A stretch of DNA of 64,000 bases. Origin: a candidate division WOR-3 bacterium (lineage in GTDB: Bacteria > Hydrothermota > Tepidihabitantia > Tepidihabitantales > Tepidihabitantaceae). Below, one piece after another: positions 1 to 7,423 of the stretch (position 1 is its first letter; each line of letters opens with the position of its first letter). The translations under genes were made by a program, and so were the position numbers. The notes beneath the pieces were generated by a model. It had not been told where the DNA came from and ran no database searches. It saw only the letters and a list, made by a program, of their open reading frames with translations. The DNA lies in assembly GCA_965649205.1 (NCBI GenBank), contig CBFGJV010000005.1, positions 1 to 64,000 of the forward strand, read 5' to 3'.

Positions 1-669
1 AGAATTGCGGTAATCAGTCCACACTACGAGATAGTTGGTGCCGTCAAACGCCACCGCAGGGTACCCCTGGTTGTTTGTCGCGGTGGAGATGGCGATACCC
101 GCCGGGTCAAGCACTGCCCCAGTCTTGCTCACCCGCGCGCCGTAGATGTCGTACCCGGTCGTACCGGAGTTGCGGTAGTCGCGCCACACCACGAGGAAGT
201 TGGTGCCATCAAACGTCACTTCAGGGTTGACCTGCTCGTTCGCCGCGGTGCAGATGGCGATACCCGCCGAATCAAGCACTACCCCGGCCTTGCTGACCCG
301 CGCGCCGTAGATGTCATAGCCGATCGTATAGAAGTTGCGGCCTTCACTCCACACTACTAGATAGCTGGTGCCGTCAAACGCCACCGCAGGGGATGATTGA
401 TTACCATACGCCGGTCCATACACAACGCTGGTGTCAACCAGAAATTCGTTGGCATCAGGGATTTCATCCAGCCCTTCGGCAGCGTAGCGCTGCTCGGAAA
501 CCTTTCGTACCACTTCGTTTACATCGAACGGAACCGCAATGTCAGTACTGCTGCGCATTGTATTTGGCGCTACCGGGGCGGCCATACCGCTTGAGTGCTC
601 CAGTATGCCCGGCTGTCCGGAAACCAGAGCGCACAACAGTACCGTCGCGAACAAGATGCTCTTTTGCAT
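1..669 (-). CDS. Secreted repeat protein (5' part only, runs off the left edge); ~55-aa beta-propeller-like repeats
   Basis: Not in the ORF track because there is no stop in the window. AAGGAGG SD, then ATG at 669. Manual translation: MQKSILFATVLLCALVSGQ (signal peptide), then repeats PAVAFDGTxYLVVWxDxR...YDIYGARVSKxGxVLDxAGIAIxTA. Confidence 0.85.
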   Translation of the reverse strand, partial: MQKSILFATVLLCALVSGQPGILEHSSGMAAPVAPNTMRSSTDIAVPFDVNEVVRKVSEQRYAAEGLDEIPDANEFLVDTSVVYGPAYGNQSSPAVAFDGTSYLVVWSEGRNFYTIGYDIYGARVSKAGVVLDSAGIAICTAANEQVNPEVTFDGTNFLVVWRDYRNSGTTGYDIYGARVSKTGAVLDPAGIAISTATNNQGYPAVAFDGTNYLVVWTDYRNS

Positions 670-1039
670 TTTTCCTCCTTGCGGCCTTTGTTGCAGAGCC
701 GCATCTGCTTTTCCACCTGACGCCCCGTCACGGTTCCTGGCTTCTGTAATCTGGCCAGTGCTCCCTCCCCACGGACAACGGCCGACAGTATAATTTTATT
801 TTTTTTAGGAGGGATATTCTGTCAAGAAAAACAAAACATGGTGCTGCGTGGAAAATTTAGGAAATGTCTCATGCTGGTGTCGCACGGGGAAGATGTACAC
901 TCTGACAGCCCGGTCTCCCTCTGGCAAGGCCGAGACCGGTTTTCGTCAGTTTTATATTTTTATGCCGCGGGGAGGGAATTTCGTAAAAGTGTCTGCGACA
1001 GAGGGGGCGGTACGGTTGTAAGGGCAGCGGAGCAATGTT

Positions 1040-1370
1040 GTAAGTGAAGCTTTTTCGTATGGGGGTCGCTGGGGGGACTGCTGGGTGGGTGGTCTGGCGG
1101 GTTGTTCTGGGAGCAGAATACCGGGCGGTGAGGCGGGTGGTTTGGCGAGTAGTTAGCCGGGTCGGGGGCGGGGTCAGGGAGTAGGCTGGCTGGGGGGTGG
1201 TCTGCAGAGTTGGGTAGAGGGCCGGTTGGCAGGCAGGGGGGAGAATGGGAGGGAGAGTTGCCCTAGGGGAGGCTGGGTGAATGGCTTAGCGGGTCGCTTG
1301 GCGGGTGGCTGACTGGGCCGGTCTGTGGGTTGCCGGCCAGGCTGGTCAGGGAGCAGTTGAGGAAGCTGTC
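1040..1370 (+). repeat. Conserved 31-bp head plus 26 degenerate G-rich 12-mers (copy 1)
   Basis: Head GTAAGTGAAGCTTTTTCGTATGGGGGTCGCT (1040-1070). A 12-nt register runs from 1059 to 1370 without indels; consensus about NNNNRRRYNGNN. Confidence 0.85.
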
Positions 1371-1612
1371 TGGCCGCATAACGGTTGGCGCGGGTACGTC
1401 GGCAGGCAGGAGAGCCAAGTGTTTTTCGGCAGATACCGGCATGAGCCGATATCAAGAGTCTTAAAGGTGTGGGGTACTGACCAAGGTTGCGCCGCAGGTG
1501 GACAAGAGGATTTTCCCATTGCCGGCGCTGCGTGTATCATATGAGGCGTCCAAGTCCGAGGCAGGAGGTCACGATGTGCCCTTGCTGTCTTCCCCTTGGG
1601 CAAGACCGAGAC

Positions 1613-1641
1613 TTGACAAGCTGCAAGAAGTCTTCTATACT
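1613..1641 (+). promoter_or_regulatory. Sigma70-like promoter of the rho operon
   Basis: TTGACA (1613)-17 nt-TATACT (1636). Confidence 0.75.
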
Positions 1642-1782
1642 TCCCCGTCAAAGAGACAAGTTGAAAGCGGGTAAGTCCTTCTTTCCGACAGGGTGAACCT
1701 GACAACAATACCAAGAATCTGAATCCAGTAATATTTTCCCCAAACCCGCACGGTAACGAAGGCAACCCACAAAGGAGCGAAT

Positions 1783-3048
1783 ATGACGCAGGAAGAACTC
1801 AAGCATAAGAAAATCAGTGAGTTGTATCAGATAGCGGAGCAGCTGGGAATTCCTGATGTGAGAGAGAAGCGCAAGCAGGGCGTAATTATGGCCATCATCA
1901 AGGCCGAAGCAAAGAAGCTGAAGGACCCCAGCGAGGGTGTAACCGTTTCTGGAGTGCTGGAGATTCTGGAAGAGGGCTTCGGCTTTCTGCGCTCGCCCGA
2001 CTATAGTGACCTTCCTTCGTCCGACGACATCTATATCTCTCCTTCTCAGATAAAGCGATTCGGACTTAAGACCGGCGATACCATCGTGGGTTCTGCCCGG
2101 CCGCCCAAGAACTCAGAACGGTATTTTGCCCTCCTGAAAATAGACACGGTGAACGGAGTCACGTTGGATGAGTTGAGGCAGCGGGTGCCCTTTGATGCGC
2201 TCACCCCGCTTTATCCTTCGGAACGCATCAAGTTGGAGGTGGAGTCGGAAAATGACCTGTCCAAGCGCGTGATTGACCTGTTCGTTCCCATTGGCAAAGG
2301 ACAACGTGCCCTCATAGTCTCGCCGCCCCGGGCGGGTAAGACCGTTCTGTTGCAGAAAATCGCCAATAGCATCACCAAGAATCATCCCGAAATTACCCTC
2401 ATAATCCTGCTGATAGACGAACGACCTGAGGAAGTGACCGATATGGAAAGGTCGGTCAACGCCGAGGTCATCAGTTCAACCTTTGACGAGGTTCCTGAGC
2501 GGCACGTGCAGGTGGCGAACATGGTGCTGGAGAAGGCCAAACGACTGGTAGAATTGCGGCACGATGTTGTCATCTTGCTCGACTCCATTACCCGGCTTTC
2601 GCGGGCGCACAATCTGGTGGTTCCGCATTCGGGCCGCACCCTTTCTGGCGGACTTGACTCCAACGCCCTCCAGAAGCCGAAGAAGTTTTTCGGAGCCGCA
2701 CGTAATGTGGAGGAAGGTGGATCGCTGACTATCATTGCCAGCGCTCTGGTGGAAACCGGCTCCCGTATGGACGAGGTGATATTCGAGGAGTTCAAAGGAA
2801 CCGGAAATATGGAGTTGGTTCTGGACCGCAAGCTGGCCGACCGTCGCATATTCCCGGCCATAGACCTGCAGCGCTCCGGTACCCGGAAGGAAGAGTTGCT
2901 GCTTTCCGAGTTCGAATTGAATCGCATTTGGGTCATGCGCAAACTGCTGGCCGAGTTGAATCCGGTGGAGATGATGGAGTTTGTACTTGACAAGATGCGT
3001 CTGACCCGCAACAATAAGGAGTTCTTAGAATCAATGAGTGAGAGCTAA
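1783..3048 (+). CDS. rho: Transcription termination factor Rho
   Basis: GFGFLR and [13 protein letters not shown]-binding motifs, PPRAGKT P-loop, [28 protein letters not shown]. Confidence 0.99.
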   Translation: MTQEELKHKKISELYQIAEQLGIPDVREKRKQGVIMAIIKAEAKKLKDPSEGVTVSGVLEILEEGFGFLRSPDYSDLPSSDDIYISPSQIKRFGLKTGDTIVGSARPPKNSERYFALLKIDTVNGVTLDELRQRVPFDALTPLYPSERIKLEVESENDLSKRVIDLFVPIGKGQRALIVSPPRAGKTVLLQKIANSITKNHPEITLIILLIDERPEEVTDMERSVNAEVISSTFDEVPERHVQVANMVLEKAKRLVELRHDVVILLDSITRLSRAHNLVVPHSGRTLSGGLDSNALQKPKKFFGAARNVEEGGSLTIIASALVETGSRMDEVIFEEFKGTGNMELVLDRKLADRRIFPAIDLQRSGTRKEELLLSEFELNRIWVMRKLLAELNPVEMMEFVLDKMRLTRNNKEFLESMSES

Positions 3049-3051
3049 ACC

Positions 3052-3324
3052 ATGAAAGACAAAATTCACCCTCCGTATATGGAATGCACTATCACCTGTG
3101 CCTGTGGCAATGTGGTGAAGACCCGTTCGACGAAGCCCAAGATAGATGTGGACATCTGTTCTGCCTGTCATCCTTTCTTCACGGGCAAGCGAAAGCTGGT
3201 GGACACGGCCGGGCGCGTGGAAAAGTTCCGGCGCAAGTATGGGGAAGCCGCGCCCCGCAAGCGCGCCAAGTCATCTGGTTCACCCCCCGCGGCTGAATCC
3301 CAGTCACAGGAATCAGCAGAGTAA
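3052..3324 (+). CDS. rpmE: 50S ribosomal protein L31 (zinc-binding type)
   Basis: IHP.Y...CACG...[13 protein letters not shown]...DTAGRVEKF. Confidence 0.98.
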   Translation: MKDKIHPPYMECTITCACGNVVKTRSTKPKIDVDICSACHPFFTGKRKLVDTAGRVEKFRRKYGEAAPRKRAKSSGSPPAAESQSQESAE

Positions 3325-3333
3325 ATTTGCACC

Positions 3334-4453
3334 GTGGCGGAGACAAAACCGGTTACCTTCCAGAGCGCCAATATAGAGACGTTGGCTACGCGTCTGGAAA
3401 AGCTCAAGGAGTTCCTTTGAGCTGGACCGGCGGAAAGCCGAACTGGAACAACTGACTCAGGAAAGCTCCCTCCCCGGTTTTTGGGACGATCGGGTCCGGG
3501 CGCAGGAGGTGATGCGCCGCGTTGCTTCCATTCAGGATATCCTTGACCGGGTCCGGGGACTGGAACAGGACATTCGCGACGCCCGGGAGATAGACGAGCT
3601 CTTCCAGGCTGACGTTTCCGCCTCTGCCGAACTGGGCGAACATCTGGCGAAGATAAGCCGGGAACTGGAAGCGCTGGAGGAAAGAGCCATGTTCACTTCG
3701 CCGGAAGACGCACGCGGAGCCATCGTTTCTTTCCATCCCGGAGCCGGCGGAGTAGAGTCATGCGACTGGGCGGAGATGCTTTTTCGTATGTACACGCGCT
3801 ATGCGGAACATCAGGGCTTGTCGTGTCGCGTGCTTGACTATCAACCGGCAGAAGAAGCCGGCATCCGCGATGCGACTCTGGAAGTAACCGGCGCCTATGC
3901 CTACGGCCTTTTCAAGTCTGAGGCAGGAGTGCATCGGTTGGTGCGCGTATCTCCCTTCGATGCGAATCAGCGCCGCCACACCAGTTTTGCCGCGGTGTCT
4001 GTCTATCCTGAGGTGGAAGAAATTGAAATAGAGATCAACCCCAATGACCTGAAGATAGACACCTTCCGCGCGGGCGGGAAAGGCGGACAGAATGTAAACA
4101 AGGTTTCTTCCGCTGTGCGTATCACCCATATACCAACGGGTATAGTTGTCAGCTGTCAGAATGAACGTTCCCAGTTCCAGAACAAGCAGAACGCTTTGAA
4201 GATATTGCGCGCCCGTCTTTACGACCACGCCAAAAAACAGCAGGACGAACAGCGGCGCAAACTGGAAGAAGCAAAGACCGATATTGCCTGGGGTCATCAG
4301 ATACGTTCCTATGTATTCTTTCCTTACCAGCTGGTGAAAGACCACCGCACGGGCGTGGAGACTCACGATGTGGCCGCGGTTATGGATGGCCATCTGGAAC
4401 AGTTTGTCCACGCGTTTCTCACCCGCTTTTCTCGTCAATCGTCCGCCAAGTGA
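3334..4453 (+). CDS. prfB: Peptide chain release factor 2 with programmed +1 frameshift
   Basis: A 28-codon ORF from GTG 3334 ends ...AAG GAG TTC CTT TGA G. The +1 frame continues [12 protein letters not shown]...FWDD into ORF 3509-4453, which has SPF and GGQ motifs. Confidence 0.96.
3406..3421 (+). promoter_or_regulatory. prfB frameshift cassette (internal SD AAGGAG, 3 nt, CTT TGA)
   Basis: AAGGAG 3406-3411, CTT 3415-3417, TGA 3418-3420. Confidence 0.93.
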
Positions 4454-4556
4454 AGCAGCGTCCTCCTTTCTGCGGCGAAAGTGGCTGTAGGTTTTGGGAG
4501 GTTTGCTTAGTTGTTGTCTTGACAAACAGACGCACTTTTCTACAATCCATCCGCAC

Positions 4557-4958
4557 GTGAAACCTATTCGCATAATTGTCGGCGGCGTGGAAATCAAAGG
4601 CGCCTTGAATGACTCACCTCTGGCAGAGAAAATCTGGCAGCTTCTGCCTTATGATGAAGTCGGAGAAACCTGGGGCCAGGAGCTGTATTTCCCTGTCCGC
4701 TTGGCGGTCGAGAATCCTGAACCGGTGGAACAGGTGAAGGTGGGCGACATTGCCTACTGGCCAGACGGACCGGATTTGTGTCTATTCTTTGGTCGCACAC
4801 CTAAAAGCACCGATGACACACCGGTAGTGGCAAGTCCGGTTACGATAGTCGGCTCGTTTGAGTACAATCCGCAGGATTTTCATTTCTTCCGCCGCGAGAA
4901 ATCCGGCATCCCGGTCAGAATCGAACCGCGTATGCCGGACGCGGGAACGGGGCAGTAG
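4557..4958 (+). CDS. Cyclophilin-like fold protein (TM1367/DUF369-like)
   Basis: WGQELYF...GDIAYWPDG..LCLFFGRTP. Start re-assigned to GTG 4557, downstream of TTGACA-16-TACAAT (4519-4546). Confidence 0.8.
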   Translation: MKPIRIIVGGVEIKGALNDSPLAEKIWQLLPYDEVGETWGQELYFPVRLAVENPEPVEQVKVGDIAYWPDGPDLCLFFGRTPKSTDDTPVVASPVTIVGSFEYNPQDFHFFRREKSGIPVRIEPRMPDAGTGQ

Positions 4959-5021
4959 CTCAGTTGGGAGAGCGCCAGAATCGCACTCTGGAGGTCGCCG
5001 GTTCAACTCCGGTCTGCTCCA
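4949..5021 (+). tRNA. tRNA-Ala (anticodon CGC)
   Basis: Acceptor stem GGGGCAG/CTGCTCC with the G3:U70 Ala determinant; anticodon arm CCAGA-ATCGCAC-TCTGG; T-arm CCGGTTCAACTCCGG; CCA not encoded. Confidence 0.96.
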
Positions 5022-5083
5022 TATCATTCAGCTATCACAACGGCGCAGAGCTTGATTGTTGCGACTAAAACAAGGAGGAAGCC

Positions 5084-5671
5084 ATGATCATAATGCCCAA
5101 ATACGTATTCCTCACCAACGGCGTCGGTCGTCATCGGGAAAAGCTGGCTAGCTTCGAAGCCGCTTTGCGCGACGCGGGTATAGCCGCCTTTAACCTGGTG
5201 CGGGTTTCCTCCATCTTTCCGCCCCACTGCAAAATCATCTCCCGCCGTCGGGGGCTGGCTATGCTCAAACCTGGGCAGGTAGTATTCGTGGTTATGAGTG
5301 ATAACGCCACCAACGAACCGCATCGTTTGATATCTGCTTCCATTGGTGTGGCGATACCCAAGGACCCGGAAAAGCACGGCTATCTGTCTGAGTTCCATGC
5401 TTTCGGTATGCGTGACGACCCGGCAGGAGAGTATGCCGAAGATTTGGCCGCGCAGATGCTTGCCACTACTCTGGGCGTGAAATTCGACCCGGACACCAGT
5501 TACAACCAGCGCAAGGAGATTTGGAAAATCTCCGGAGAGATTTACCGCACGCAGAACATTACCCAAAGCGCCATCGGCGATAAGAATGGTCTCTGGACCT
5601 CCGTATGCGCTGCGGCGGTGATGATAACCGCCGATAATCTGGAGGAGAGCCAGTCGGCGGGCCGACTCTAG
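5084..5671 (+). CDS. Pyruvoyl-dependent arginine decarboxylase (PdaD/AaxB family)
   Basis: SFEAALRDAGIAAFNLVRVSSIFPP with the Ser-Ser autocleavage site; GYLSE; AAGGAGG SD. Confidence 0.93.
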   Translation: MIIMPKYVFLTNGVGRHREKLASFEAALRDAGIAAFNLVRVSSIFPPHCKIISRRRGLAMLKPGQVVFVVMSDNATNEPHRLISASIGVAIPKDPEKHGYLSEFHAFGMRDDPAGEYAEDLAAQMLATTLGVKFDPDTSYNQRKEIWKISGEIYRTQNITQSAIGDKNGLWTSVCAAAVMITADNLEESQSAGRL

Positions 5672-6858
5672 TAGCTCCGTGCCAGTTTGAGCGCCGGATA
5701 GTAGTGCGCTAGTATTTCCCTGTAGCCCGCTCCCTGATGCGCCATTTCCACTGCTCCGTCTTGACAGAGTCCGCACCCGTGCCCCCATCCTTTACCCTTG
5801 ACCAGCATAGTGCCGGACGTCAGTTTCAGGTCGAACAAGGTGGAGCGCAGACCCAGAGCCAGGCGAAAGTCAGAACCACCTACGCGAAACTCTCCCTTGT
5901 CGGTGGACAGGCGCAGTTTTGTCACCCGGCCGGAAACATTATCTTTTTCCAGCGTTACGGCTTTCAGTTTGATTCTGCCGCCCGCACCGGTGATTCGGGC
6001 CAGCGTCGTTTCGTACTGGGCGGGCAACAGTTCCACCTGCCACTGATGATATTTGCCCTGACTGCAGTAGGGCTTGCCTGCACCGTGCCCGGGTGTATCC
6101 CGCAGTGATTGCAAATACGGTTGGCTTCCCCGGGCGGTAATGCCGCCGCAATTCGCGTGGTAGAGCGCCTCAGCCGGCCGGCCTTCGTACACTAGAATCT
6201 CGCCCTGCGTTTCCTTGACTGCCCGACTGCCTAGTTCTATTTCCCGGCCTGCTCCGCGATATTCCTGATCGCGCAGGAAGGTATCATACAGCTGAAACCC
6301 TAGTCCCTTTCTTCGTTCCAGCCGGGACAGGGTAAAGCTGCGGGCGGCAACGGCCTGAGCCTTTACGGCTTCGTATGTTTCCGGCCTAATCGGCCCGATT
6401 TCACACGGCACCACGCCGCGGAGATAGTCTTCCATACCCAGTTCATTCACTACGACCAGTTCTCCTTCCCGAGAAGCAAACGCCAGCAACCGACCGCGAT
6501 AGCTTCTATCTCCGACCCGCAGCAACGCTGGCGGCTGCGCTTCCACAACAACCGTATCGGAAACTCGTATCCACTCCTTTCCTTGTATTTGTACTACGAC
6601 CGCATCTCCCTCTCGCATCAGTTTTATCTTCTGCCGTTCTCCGGCGCATGTCTTTTTTGTAGTGGTGATGGTCAAGCCGGCCGGGCAAGACACTTCAGTT
6701 GAACTAGTGATGCTGCTCAGGCGAACTCGCACAAGCGGTTCCTTTGCCGGTTCCGGCGGACGGGGCAGTTCCGTGTATCTCCCAGTGATGGCGCGATAGC
6801 CACACCCTCCAGCAAAGCAGAGCAGGACGTACACCAATCGCCAAGCCACGCGCCGCAT
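5668..6858 (-). CDS. SpoIID/LytB-domain lytic transglycosylase, probable lipoprotein
   Basis: YRG...VNELGMEDYLRGVVPCE...KAQAVAARS...GWGHGCGLCQ.GA..MA..G..YREILAHYYP; lipobox-like AGGC. Confidence 0.92.
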   Translation of the reverse strand: MRRVAWRLVYVLLCFAGGCGYRAITGRYTELPRPPEPAKEPLVRVRLSSITSSTEVSCPAGLTITTTKKTCAGERQKIKLMREGDAVVVQIQGKEWIRVSDTVVVEAQPPALLRVGDRSYRGRLLAFASREGELVVVNELGMEDYLRGVVPCEIGPIRPETYEAVKAQAVAARSFTLSRLERRKGLGFQLYDTFLRDQEYRGAGREIELGSRAVKETQGEILVYEGRPAEALYHANCGGITARGSQPYLQSLRDTPGHGAGKPYCSQGKYHQWQVELLPAQYETTLARITGAGGRIKLKAVTLEKDNVSGRVTKLRLSTDKGEFRVGGSDFRLALGLRSTLFDLKLTSGTMLVKGKGWGHGCGLCQDGAVEMAHQGAGYREILAHYYPALKLARSY

Positions 6859-7045
6859 CGCTTCAATCTAGCGAACCGGTCGATTCAATCAAGTGCGTTT
6901 GGGCAGAAGGCGGTCAGGCAGAAAGGACTCCGCTTGCTACCGGACAGGCATTGACACGCGGCAAGTTTCTGCTACTCTGCAGCTGTGGCGCGTATACCCG
7001 TGCCTGCAGCAAAGGACCGATGGCAACAAAACCAAAGGAGGTAAA

Positions 7046-7339
7046 ATGCCGGCAAAAAAGGGTCTAACCGCCATCAGGATAAAGGTCGACGACAACCTCA
7101 AAGCTATCTACGGACCAAAGAAGGAGTTGAAGCCGACCGAACTGATGAAAGGCCTTATCGCCTATGCGGATAAGAACAAGCTGCGCTTCAAGGGACCGGG
7201 CAAGGGTTTGGCGGCGATGAGAGTCAAGACCGACCAGGCACTCAAGGCCATCTACGGTTCAAAGCCAGATGTAAAATGGTTTGACCTGATGAAAGGCCTG
7301 TGGAACTACATCAACAAGAATAAGCTGCGCACAGGCTGA
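7046..7339 (+). CDS. Small basic SWIB/MDM2-like protein with two near-identical halves (97 aa)
   Basis: AAAGGAGGT SD before ATG 7046; LKAIYG...LMKGLWNYINKNKL resembles SWIB helices; promoter TTGACA-16-TACTCT at 6951. Confidence 0.75.
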   Translation: MPAKKGLTAIRIKVDDNLKAIYGPKKELKPTELMKGLIAYADKNKLRFKGPGKGLAAMRVKTDQALKAIYGSKPDVKWFDLMKGLWNYINKNKLRTG

Positions 7340-7355
7340 GAAAAACGGACTGTCA

Positions 7356-7387
7356 CAGGCGGGAGGTGCAGCGCGGCCTCCCGCCTG
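7356..7387. terminator. GC-rich hairpin between convergent genes
   Basis: CAGGCGGGAGG ... CCTCCCGCCTG 11-bp stem; no adjacent U-tract. Confidence 0.55.
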
Positions 7388-7423
7388 GAAAAGAACCTCT
7401 TCTAAGTTAACTTTTCCACGTTT

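Noticed and set aside
1059..1370. CRISPR array or DGR interpretation of the 12-mer arrays
   Set aside because: No identical repeats with unique spacers, no cas or reverse transcriptase gene in the window, and differences between the copies are not confined to adenines.
1174..1455. Pro-rich ORF (and ORFs 49457-49888, 49729-49980, 49869-50105) as real genes
   Set aside because: They follow from the G-rich periodic DNA; the open frames differ between the two homologous copies and lack clear translation signals.
3418..3420. In-frame TGA as selenocysteine or a pseudogene lesion
   Set aside because: Fully explained by the RF2 +1 frameshift cassette.
4949..5021. tRNA as the integration site of an island
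   Set aside because: No integrase and no duplicated tRNA 3' end seen in the window.
6893..7045. N-terminal extension of the SWIB-like ORF given in the track
   Set aside because: It spans the promoter; a strong SD marks ATG 7046.
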